Assembly (NCBI RefSeq): GCF_028641065.1
Contig: NC_073394.1
Location: forward strand, 186,001-231,644
Direction of reading: 5' to 3'
DNA: 45,644 nt
DNA from: Leucoraja erinacea
Lineage: Eukaryota
Position 1 is the first letter of the stretch. Each line of letters begins with the position of its first letter. The translations under genes were made by a program, and so were the position numbers. This document shows, in pieces, positions 23,312 to 33,032 of the stretch. The notes below the pieces were generated by a model. That model did not search any database. It was given only the letters and a program-made list of their open reading frames with translations, and was not told the origin of the DNA.

Positions 23312-26300
23312 ACCCCCCCACTCCCACCCCCCCCTCCTCCTCCACCCCCCTACTCCTCCCCACCCCCCCCCTCCTCCCCCCCCCCACCACCCTCCTCCTC
23401 CACCCCCCCCCTACTCCTCCCCCCCCCCCCCACTCCCCCCACCCCCCCCACTCCCCGCCCCCCCTACTCCCCGCCCCCCCTACTCCCCCAACACCCCCCC
23501 ACTCCCCCGCCCCCCCTCCTCCCCAACCCCCTCCCACCCCCCCCCTCTCTACTCCCCCACCCCCCCGGCTCCTCCCCGTACTTTACCTCCATGAGGCAGA
23601 GCAGTTGGATTTTCTGCATTAGCCGCAGCTCGTTGGCCCTCAGGTCCGGCTACAACAAACCACACAAACCAGTCACTTTGTGGCACTCCCCCTCAAACCT
23701 TCGCCCTAACCCACACCTGTTGCCCCCACACACACACCTATTGCCCCCCACACCTGTTGCCCCCCCCACACAACCTGTTGCCCCCCACACACACAGACCT
23801 GTTGCCCCCCACACACACACACACACACTGTGCCCCCCCCACACACACCTGTTTCCCCCCACACACACAGACCTGTTGCCCCCCACACACACACACACTG
23901 TTGCCCCCCACACACACTGTTGCCCCCCCACACACACCTGTTGCCCCCCCCACACAACCTGTTGCCCCCCACACACACCTGTGTCCCCCCACCCCCACAC
24001 ACCTGTTGCCCCCCACACACACACACACCTGTTGCCCCCCCCACACCTGTTGCCCCCCCCACACAACCTGTTGCCCCTACCCACACACCTGTTGGCCCCC
24101 CTACCCACACCTGTTGGCCCCCCACCACACACCTGTTGTCCCCCACACACACACACCTGTTTCCCCCCACCCCCACACACCTGTTGCCCCCCCCACCCCC
24201 ACACACCTGTTGCCCCCCCCACCCCCACACACCTGTTGCCCCCCACACCCCCCACACACCTGTTGCCCCCCCCACCCCCACACACCTGTTGCCCCCAGCA
24301 TGTTTTCAGCGCCTGGAAGCGGTCCACGTTGCCGCTGTTAAAGGCGAACAATGTGTCGATCAGCCACTGCTTGTCTGTGGTTCGTAGCGACTCAAGGACC
24401 GGGTGCATCAACTGTGGACAGAGAACTCTCCCCGCGTCAGAGAACTCTCCGTGTCACCCACACCCTCCCCTCGTCACCCACACCCTCCCCTCGTCACCCA
24501 CACCCTCCCCTCGTCACCCACACCCTCCCTCTCACCCACACGTCACCCACCCCACACCCTCCCCTCGTCACTCTCCCCACCCACACCCTCCCCTCGTCAC
24601 CCACACCCTCCCCCTCGTCACCCACACCCCCCCCCTCGTCACCCACCCACCCCCTCACCCACCCACCCTCCCCTCGTCACCCACACCCCTCCCCTCACCC
24701 TCCCCGTGTCACCCACACCCTCCCCGTGTCACCCCACCCTCACCCACACCCTCCCCGTGTCACCCACACCCTCCCCCGTGTCACACCCACCCTCCCCGTG
24801 TCACCACCCACACCCTCCCCTCGTCACCCCACACCCTGTGTCCCCCACACCCCCTGTGTCACCCACCACTCCCCTCGTCACCCACACCCTCCCCTCGTCA
24901 CCCACACCCTCCCTGTGTCACCCACACTCTCCCTGTGTCACCCACACCCTCCCCGTGTCACCCACACCCTCCCCGTGTCACCCACCCACCCACACCCTCC
25001 CCTCGTCACCCACACCCTCCCCTCGTCACCCACACCCTCCCCTCACCCACACTCTCCCTGTGTCACCCACACCCCCACCCACACCCTCCCCTCGTCACCA
25101 CACCCACCCCTCGTCACCCACACCCTCCCTGTGTCACCCACACCGTCCCCTCGTCACCCACACCCTCCCCGTCGTCACCCACACCCTCCCCGTGTCACCC
25201 ACACCCTCCCCCTCGTCACCCACACCCTCCCCTCGTCACCCACACCCTCCCCTCGTCACCCACACCCTCCCCTCGTCACCCACACCCTCCCCTCGTCACC
25301 CACACCCTCCCCTCGTCACCCACACCCTCCCCTCGTCACCCAATCCTGCACCACTCCCCCACCAGTGGCCCCACCCCCCATCTACTCACCAGCTCCCCGA
25401 AGTTGTAGACTCCCTCCCCCAGCAGCCCGGCCAGGCCCAGTGTGAACGCTCGCTCCTGGTGCTCTGCCACTGAACACACACACACACACACACACACACG
25501 TGTTAGTCCAGACCCCGTGTGAACACACACGCGTGTTTAGACCAGACCCCGTGTGAACACACACGCGTGTTTAGACCAGACCCCGTGTGAATACACACGC
25601 GTGTTTAGACCAGACCCCGTGTGAAACCCGTGGGCGGTGGGGGTGGAGTGAGGTGGGGGCTGGGGGGAGTGAGCTGTGGGGTGGGGCAGTGAGCTGTGGG
25701 GTGGGGCAGTGAGCTGTGGGGTGGGGGGGGGGGGGGGGCAGTGAGGTTGGGCGTGGGGGGCTGTGGGCAAGTGAGGTGGGGGAGGGCTGCTGTTACCGGG
25801 CAGATCTTTGATGTCGATGCAGCCCAGGAATCGCAGGGCGTCGCGGTAGTAAGAGGCGTAGTTGCCGACGATCTGGTAGTACTTGCTGGACAGGTCGTAG
25901 AAGCGGCCGTGCACCGTGGTGATGCCCGGCAGAGCGGTCAACATCTCGTCCACCTCCTCGATCGTTTTCTGGAACAAAACCAGTGGCGTGAGGCACACGG
26001 ACACGTCACACGAACATGGACACGCACACACACGGACATGGACACGGACCCTGTCACACGGACATGTCACGAACCAACACGGACACGTCACGCACACACA
26101 CGGACACTGGTCTGACACCCGCACAAACATACATTGGGCACACAGCCCGTCACACACATGGACACACAACGAGCACGGATCCGTCTCACATGCATGAACA
26201 CGCAAACCCAGTCATACATGCATAAACACGCAACGGTCACGGGTCCGTCACACCCAACATCTGCCCTGCAAACACCCCCCCCCCCACCCCCCCGGGTATG

Positions 26301-29300
26301 GAATATGCCCTACATCTCTCCCCGCCCCCTCCCCCCACCTGCCTTCTCCTCAAAATGTTTGACACCCAGATTAAGCAAGTATCTGTCAATCTCCGCTGTT
26401 AAAATGCCCATTGCCGTGGCCACCACAGCCGTCTGTGGCAATGAATTCCAGATTCACCACAAACTACTCGCTTCACACCTGCAGCAGAAACTCGATTAAC
26501 TGACCCTGCAGCTCGTTCAGGGAACAATATCTGCTGTAACTCTACCTTGGTGACTGGGAGATCCCCCACATTCAACTTCAGCGCTCCAATGGCTGTTTTA
26601 CATAGGATCACGGCCTCATCACTCGACTTGACCTGAATGAAGAAAAGTTGGTGAAATAAATATCATAGTACTATACCTACTAAACCATGTGCAGTGGAAA
26701 GCAACAAATTCACCTTTTCTCTCGTCTTTTCCAAAAATGTCAAAGCCACATTAGGATCTGCAGTGAAACAAACAACTTCAGAAAAGTGATCAACATCTTA
26801 AGCTTTACAGGATACATAAAATTGTTAATCCTCAGCACATCCTGCTTGTGCGACACTGGTAACATGGAACAGAAGAACACCAGACCACACAGTAAACAGA
26901 AGATGCACAAACAACTCCGATCAGGCAGCATCTGTGGAGAGAGGATTAACGAGAGGGGTCAGGATTGCCGGGGATATGTAGACGAGGTTGCATTCACAAC
27001 ATCTCAAAGCCTGACAGATGTCAGTGGTTGCACACCTGGAACAGCCCAGGTGAGGGGCTCAATGTGGAGTTAGCCCACCTGGAACCAACATGGAATAGCT
27101 CACCTCCCCTCCCCTCCCCAAACTCTAACCCCTCCATTCCCCAGCTCAACCTCTCCCCAGCCTCTACCCAACCCTCCTGCCTCCACCTCCCCCCCCCCAG
27201 CTCAACTTTCTTCTCCCCCCCACCTCTCCCCAGTCTCTACCCAACCCCCCTGCCTCCACTTCCCCCCAGCACAACCCTCTCCCCCCCACCTCTCCCCAGC
27301 CTCTACCCAACCACCTGTCTCCACCTCCCACCCACCTCTCCCCTGCCTCTACCCCCCACTCTCATCTCCCCTCCCCCCACTCCAGTCACTCACCCGTCAT
27401 CTGCCGCACCACGTGTAAAACGATCTCGACGAGGGACAGAGGGTTGATCCTGTAACAGTTACAAAGGCTTTAACCCACAATATCGATTTCCCGATTGTTG
27501 CTCCCACCTGCCAAGCAACGTTGCTACGAGAAGCTGCATTTCCTGCACAGCGCTGGGAATGTGAGCTGCAGGGAAAGGGCTCAAGGACCTAGTACTCACC
27601 ACATGCACAACTGTGGCAGAGTGGTGAACATTTAGAGTGAGCTGCTTGAGAATGAAGTGGTGGCAGATACAATCACAACGTTAAAGGCATTTGGAGAGGA
27701 AAGGAGGAATGTAGAACGGTGAGTCAAGTTGAAGGATTTGGAATATTGGGAAGGTTGTTAAACAGAAGAGATTCGCCAGGATATTACCTGGGCTTGCAGG
27801 CTCAAGTTTGTGACATTTTCAATAGGCTGTTTCTTTGGAGCATTGAGGGGGGTGATCTTATCGAGGTGTACAAGATCACAAGGGGCATGGATAAAGCAAA
27901 CGCTCACAGTCTATTCCCCCAGGGCAGAGGATTCTAAAACTAAAGGGCACAGGCTTCAGGTGAGAGAGGTAGAGGGTATGGGCTATAGGAGAGAAGGGTA
28001 GAGGGCACAGACTTCAGGTGAGAAGGGAGAGATTTATGAGGATACTCGAGGGAACTTTGTCACTCATTGGGTAGTCCATATGAGTTGTTCGCGGAACTGC
28101 AGAAGCCGGTACAATTTTGATTTTTAAAAGCCTTGGACCAGATATTTGGATAGGAAGGCTTTAGAGGGATCGGGAGCAAATCCCAGTCTATGGACAAGGT
28201 GGGAACAAGAGCCTGTATAATCATCTGAACTTTAATGAGCGGCCTTGAAAAAATGGTGCAATAAATTTAAAACGGTAATATTCATGAATGAAGAGCAATA
28301 AAAGTCTCACCTGTGTTCAAATTCACCGATGAAATTCTCATACAGCTGAAAGAGAATAATTCCCAGTTACAGCGGCAACAACAGCAGGTTGGACAGGTTA
28401 GGGTCAGGGTTATGGTGGGTGACGAGGTCCTACCTTGATCAGCCCGTCACCTGTGGCGAAGCAGGTATTCTGCACAAAGGTCAGCAGTTCCACGGTCAGC
28501 TGGTGCCAGAGCCTGTGGTGCAACGGGACAGAGTGAGGGAGGCAGACACACGTGACCCACGCAGAGACGTGACACACGCAGACATGGAGCGTGACGTGAC
28601 ACACGCAGACACGGAGCGTGACGTGACACGGGCAGAGGGAGCATGACGTGACACAAGCAGACATGGAGCGTGACGTGACACACGCAGACACGGAGCGTGA
28701 TGTGACACACGCAGACATGGAGCGTGACGTGACACATGCAGACATGGAGCGTGACGTGACACATGCAGAGGGAGCATGACGTGACACATGCAGAGGGAGC
28801 ATGACGTGACACACACGGCAGACACAAGGATAGGACAACAGCCTCCCACGCATGACACATGCAGGGGACACGCAGACACAGGCTAGGACAGCAGCCATCC
28901 ACGCAGTGACCAGACACGCAGGAACACAGACATGGGACTAGGATAGCAGTTTCCACCGAGCTTGACGTGAAGCATGTGGCTGACACGCAGCAACCTCCCA
29001 CATAGGAACATGTGACACACGCAGCAGCACATGACACATGCAGGGGATACAAGACAAGGCAGCAATGTCCCACACAATGTAACATGCCACATGCAATGGA
29101 CACACATCTGCTCCGAGTAACCGCAGAGTGAACATGCCATCGACCTACAGTCCCCACTGCCAGGACAGGCCACCAGGCGGCCGAGAGACCCTGGGCCTCA
29201 TCATTTCGACAGCAGCCCCCACCTGGTCGGTGTGGTAGTTACAGCAGCCGGTCCAACATTCCCAGACAAGGCCCGGCCATGGGCTCAGCCCAGAGGCACC

Positions 29301-32300
29301 GGCCGACCAGGCCAAACGTCAGCCTGGCGATGGGGGGTGGGGGCTAGAGTAACTCGGGAGAACAGGGCCCATTAAAGTACAAAGTATTCATCCATGTGTG
29401 GAGCCACAGGAGATGGAGGAGGAAGAGTGAAGTGAATATTTGTTGTCTGTATTTACTATGTCGAAAGACATGGATACTGGGAACACCAGGATGTAAATAG
29501 TGAAGTCCACATTACAGAAGGAGGAGATCTCAGAGGACCCAGACCTGATCAAGTGAATCCTGGGCCATTGTGGGAAATGAGGGGAGAGTTTTCAGAGTCA
29601 GTGAGCCCACATGTAAACTGGGCGATGATTTTGCTGAACATCTCCGCTCAGTCCGCCTGGACCTACCTGATCTCCCAGTTGTAAACACTCTAATTCTTCT
29701 TCCCATTCCCACACAGACCATTCTGTCCTAGGCCTCCTCCATTGTTAGAGTGAGGCTAAACATAAATTGGAGGAACAGCACCTCATATTTTTCTTGGGCA
29801 GCTTACAGCCCAGTGGTATGAATATTGATTTTTCTCACCAAGTAACCCCGGCATTCCCTCTCTCTCCATCCCTCCTCCACCCGAGTCGCACTAGCTTCTC
29901 GTTTTCACCTTACAAACAGCTAACAATGGCCTATTTCCTTTGTCAGCTTTACTTTTTGGTCTATCTTACATTCATTGCAGTGTTAGCTGTGAGGAGGATG
30001 CTAGGATCCAGCTGCTACAGTCAGGCAAACACCTCCGTTGCCATGCTGTGAGAACGGAGAGGTTGAGAAGGAGTTTCTTCCCAGAGGCCATTAGGACAGT
30101 AAACTCCTACCTCACCAGGGACTAACTTTACTGTACCATTCTACTGTTTTTTTTAATATTGCTGTTTTTTCCCTTTTTCCTTCCGCCCATAATATTTAAA
30201 ATGTAAAAGAATATGTGATTCTGTTCCATTCTGTTTGTAGTTTGTTTGGTTGTTTGTCTTTTTACACAAAGTCCGCAAGCATTGCCACTTTTCATTTCAC
30301 TGCACATCTCAAATGTGTATGTGACAAATAAATTTGACTAGGAGGCTGCAAGGTGACTTGGATAGGTTGGGTGAGTGGGCAAATGCATGGCAGATACAGT
30401 ATAATGTGAATAAATGTGAGGTTATCCACCTTTGTGGCAAAAACAGGAAAGTAGACTATTAACTGAATGGTGGGGGGTGAGGGTGAGGGTGAGGGTGAGG
30501 GTGAGGAGGGTGGGGGTGAGGGTGGGGGTTAGGGTCAGGGGTAGTGTTAGGGTTAGGGTTAGGGTTAGGGTTGGGGGTGAGGGTTAGGGGTAGGGTTAGG
30601 GAGAGGTGTAGTGTGCGGGGTTGGTGGAGGGTCAGGGCGGGGGTGAGGGTGGGGGTGAGAGTGGGGGGTGAAGGGTGGGGGTGAAGGTGGGGGTGAAGGT
30701 GGGGGTGGGGGTGAGGGTGGGGGGTGAGAGTGGGGGTGAAGTTGGGGGGGGGGGAGAGAGGGGGGGTGGGGGTGAAGGTGGGGGTGGGGGTGAGAGTGGG
30801 GGTGGGGGTGAAGGTGGGGGTGGGGGTGAAGGTGGGGGGTGGTGGGTGGGGGTGGGGGTGAGGGTGGGGGTGAGAGTGGGGGAGGGGTGGGGTGTGAGGG
30901 TCAGGGTGAGGGGGGGGGTAAGGGTGGGGGGGGGGTGAAGGTGGGGTGGGGGTGAGAGTGGGGGTGAGGGGGGGTGGGGGGTGAGAGTGGGGGTGAAGGT
31001 GGGGGTGGGGGTGAGAGTGGGGGTGAAGGGGGGGGTGGGGGTGAGAGTGGGGGTGGTGGGGGTGGGGGTGGGGTGAGAGTGGGGGTGAAGGTGTTGGGGG
31101 GGGTGAGAGTGGGGGTGGGGGGGTGAGAGTGAGGGTGAGAGAGTGGGGGTGAGTGGGGGGGGGGTGTGGGGGGNNNNNNNNNNNNNNNNNNNNNNNNNNN
31201 NNNNNNNNNNNNNNNNNNNNNNNNNNNNNNNNNNNNNNNNNNNNNNNNNNNNNNNNNNNNNNNNNNNNNNNNNNNNNNNNNNNNNNNNNNNNNNNNNNNN
31301 NNNNGTGGGGGGTGAGAGTGGGGGTGGGGGGGGGGGGTGGGGGGGGTCGGGGTGGGGGTGGGGGTGAGAGTGGGGGTGGGGGGGGGGGTGGGGGTCGGTG
31401 GGGGTCGGGGGTCGGGGTCGGGGGGGGGGGGGGCCAGTGCCGGTGCGGGGTCTCACTTCTTGTTGTACAGCTCCTCCATGCTGTGCCAGTGGGGGCCGTG
31501 TCGGGGCGGGGCCGGGGGTCGGGGGCGGGGTCGGGGGTCGGGGGTCGGGGCCGGGTCGGGGGTCGGGGGTCGGGGCCGGGTCGGGGGGGTCGGGGTCCGG
31601 GTCGGGCCAGTGCCGGTGCGGGGGCCTCACTTCTTGTTGTACAGCTCCTCCATGCTGTGCCAGTGGGGGGTGTCGGGGCCGGGGTAGGGGGGTCGGGGGT
31701 CGGGGGTCGGGGGTCGGGCCGGGGGCCGGGGTCGGGTCGGGGGTCCGGGTCGGGGGTCGGGGCCAGTGCCAGTGCGGGGGCCTCACTTCTTGTTGTACAG
31801 CTCCTCCATGCTGTGCCAGTGTCGGGGCCGGGTCGGGGTCCGGGTCGGGGTCGGGGCCGGGTCGGGGGTCGGGGGTCGGGGGTCGGGGCCGGGGTCGGGG
31901 GTCGGGGGGGGTCGGGGGTCGGGGGTCGGGGTCGGGGTCGGGGCCAGTGCCGGTGCGGGGCCTCACTTCTTGTTGTTGTACAGCTCCATGCTGTGCAGTG
32001 CGGGTCGGGGGTCGGGGTCGGGGGTTCGGGGGTCGGGGTCGGGGTCGGTGCCGGGGCCCTCACTTCTTGTTGTACAGCTCCTCCATGGTGTCGGGGCCGG
32101 GCCAGTGCGGGGTCGGGTCGGGGGTCGGGCCGGGTCGGGGTCGGGGGGGTCGGGGCCGGGCCCAGTGCCAGTGCGGGGGTCGGGTCGGGGGTCGGGGCCG
32201 GGTCGGGGTCGGGGTCGGGGCCGGGCGGGGGGGGTCGGGTCGGGGCCGGGTCGGGGTCGGGGTCGGGGGTGCCAGTGCCGGTGCGGGGTCTCACTTCTTG

Positions 32301-32853
32301 TTGTACAGCTCCTCCATGCTGTGCCAGTGGGGGTCGGGTCGGGGCGGGGGTCGGGTCGGTGCCGGTGGGGGTCGGGGGTCGGGGTCGGGGCCGGGGTCGG
32401 GGCCGGTGCGCGGGGCCTCACTTCTTGTTGTACAGCTCCTCCATGCTGTGCCAGTGGGGGCCGGGTCGGTGTCGGGGGGGGCGGGGGTCGGGGTCGAGGG
32501 CCAGTGCCTCACTTCTTGTTGTACAGCTCCTCCATGCTGTGCCAGTGCGGGGGGGTCGGGGCCGGGGTCGGGTCGGGGCGGAGGGGCCGGGGTCGGGGGT
32601 CGGGGCCGGGGCCGGGGCCGGGGCCGGGGTCGGGGGGGTCGGGCCGGTGTCGGGGTCGGGGTCGGGGCCGGGTGGGGGGGGTGTTGGGGTCGGGGTCGGG
32701 GGTCGGGGGTCGGGGGGTCCGGGGCCGGGGCCAGTGCCGGGCGGGGGCCTCACTTCTTGTTGTACAGCTCCTCCATGCTGTGCCAGTGCGGGCCGAGCTC
32801 GGTGGTCTCGCGCTGCTCTGTTGCTGCTGCAGGAAAGCGCTGACATCCCGCAT
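21200..32853 (-). CDS. PSMD13: 26S proteasome non-ATPase regulatory subunit 13 (Rpn9): complement join of 32754..32853, 28434..28512, 28311..28345, 27394..27449, 26714..26757, 26546..26632, 25797..25968, 25390..25469, 24286..24411, 23587..23649, 22979..23059, 21570..21686, 21200..21295
   Basis: 13 exons with GT-AG ends; the translation matches PSMD13 throughout ([66 protein letters not shown]). It is 378 aa if one missing base in exon 1 is restored. Confidence 0.97.
21570..21686 (-). CDS. PSMD13: PSMD13 exon 12 [13 protein letters not shown]...[11 protein letters not shown]
   Basis: ctacag| acceptor, |GTAAGT donor. Confidence 0.96.
21735..22845. repeat. Minisatellite (ccccatcactaaaccccgcc..) filling PSMD13 intron 11
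   Basis: Dozens of units of about 20-27 nt. Confidence 0.92.
22979..23059 (-). CDS. PSMD13: PSMD13 exon 11 [27 protein letters not shown]
   Basis: gtgtag| acceptor, |GTGAGT donor. Confidence 0.95.
23100..23575. repeat. Poly-C/CT low-complexity tract in PSMD13 intron 10
   Basis: Direct reading. Confidence 0.9.
23587..23649 (-). CDS. PSMD13: PSMD13 exon 10 [21 protein letters not shown]
   Basis: ttgtag| acceptor, |GTAAAG donor. Confidence 0.95.
23710..24296 (-). repeat. Minisatellite made of the exon 9 3' end plus donor (GGGGGCAACAG|GTGTGTG), PSMD13 intron 9
   Basis: Roughly two dozen copies of cacacctgttgccccc and variants. Confidence 0.92.
24286..24411 (-). CDS. PSMD13: PSMD13 exon 9 LMHPVLESL...KTCWGQQ
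   Basis: ccacag| acceptor, CAG|GTGTGT donor. Confidence 0.95.
24450..25345. repeat. 20-bp minisatellite (cctcgtcacccacaccctcc) in PSMD13 intron 8
   Basis: Near-perfect units at 25210-25340. Confidence 0.92.
25390..25469 (-). CDS. PSMD13: PSMD13 exon 8 [27 protein letters not shown]
   Basis: (TG)n-ttcag| acceptor, |GTGAGT donor. Confidence 0.96.
25495..25626. repeat. About 34-bp tandem repeat x4 (gtgtgaacacacacgcgtgtttagaccagacccc)
   Basis: Direct reading. Confidence 0.85.
25797..25968 (-). CDS. PSMD13: PSMD13 exon 7 [10 protein letters not shown]...[11 protein letters not shown]
   Basis: ttccag| acceptor, G|GTAACA donor. Confidence 0.96.
26546..26632 (-). CDS. PSMD13: PSMD13 exon 6 [29 protein letters not shown]
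   Basis: ttcag| acceptor, |GTAGAG donor. Confidence 0.96.
26714..26757 (-). CDS. PSMD13: PSMD13 exon 5 [15 protein letters not shown]
   Basis: ctgcag| acceptor, |GTGAAT donor. Confidence 0.95.
27394..27449 (-). CDS. PSMD13: PSMD13 exon 4 [18 protein letters not shown]
   Basis: ttacag| acceptor, |GTGAGT donor. Confidence 0.95.
28311..28345 (-). CDS. PSMD13: PSMD13 exon 3 [12 protein letters not shown]
   Basis: ttcag| acceptor, |GTGAGA donor, 35 nt. Confidence 0.95.
28434..28512 (-). CDS. PSMD13: PSMD13 exon 2 [26 protein letters not shown]
   Basis: cacag| acceptor, |GTAGGA donor, 79 nt. Confidence 0.96.
28545..29100. repeat. CA-rich minisatellite (cgtgacgtgacacacgcagacatggag) next to the PSMD13 exon 2 acceptor
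   Basis: Units of about 27 nt, decaying toward 29100. Confidence 0.85.
30010..30340 (+). mobile_element. Rex1/Babar-type LINE 3' end
   Basis: [10 protein letters not shown]...[19 protein letters not shown] plus a T-rich tail. Confidence 0.6.
30470..31430. repeat. G-rich low-complexity tract including (TTAGGG)4 at 30547-30570 and an assembly gap (N 31174-31304)
   Basis: Direct reading. Confidence 0.9.
31430..32790 (-). repeat. Array of PSMD13 exon 1 3' end plus donor copies separated by (GGGGTC)-type spacers
   Basis: ctcacttcttgttgtacagctcctccatgctgtgccagtg starts at 31452, 31626, 31782, 31962 (variant), 32059 (truncated), 32290, 32417, 32508 and 32749 (true exon end). Confidence 0.95.
32754..32853 (-). 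CDS. PSMD13: PSMD13 exon 1 ([14 protein letters not shown].../...[15 protein letters not shown]), apparent 1-nt deletion
   Basis: ATG at 32853 in GCCATCATG context; donor AA|GTGAGG; the two halves of the exon are in different frames. Confidence 0.85.
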
Positions 32854-33032
32854 GATGGCTGCCGGAAGTGAAGGGCCCGCTTCCGCTAGCGCAGGCGCGG
32901 CGGCTGTTACCGTAATACACCCAGTGAGGGGCCGGTCCCGCCCTTGTCCATTACAGAGGCGGCCTATCAGCGGGCGCGGCGTTACTGCGTTATTACGGTC
33001 GGCCTGTTGGCACGTGACGGCCAGCGCCGCAA
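32854..33032. promoter_or_regulatory. CpG-rich bidirectional promoter of PSMD13 (-) and SIRT3 (+)
   Basis: Lies between the head-to-head genes. Contains ETS/GABP-type CCGGAAGT (32862-32869), opposite-strand CTTCCG (32880-32885), GC box CCGCCC (32938-32943) and E-box CACGTGAC (33011-33018). A shared PSMD13/SIRT3 promoter is established in human. Confidence 0.7.

Noticed and set aside
22901-25473. Long Pro/His/Thr-rich ORFs (835, 364 and 356 aa) on the + strand
   Set aside because: They are translations of C-rich minisatellites antisense to PSMD13; stop codons are simply absent from the repeat units.
28545-28815. CRE enhancer array (TGACGTGA repeats)
   Set aside because: The motif is an imperfect CRE embedded in a CA-rich minisatellite with no independent support for function.
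31430-32790. CRISPR-like repeat-spacer array
   Set aside because: The repeat is the 3' end of PSMD13 exon 1 with its donor, the spacers are low-complexity GGGGTC tracts of uneven length, there are no cas genes, and the DNA is vertebrate.
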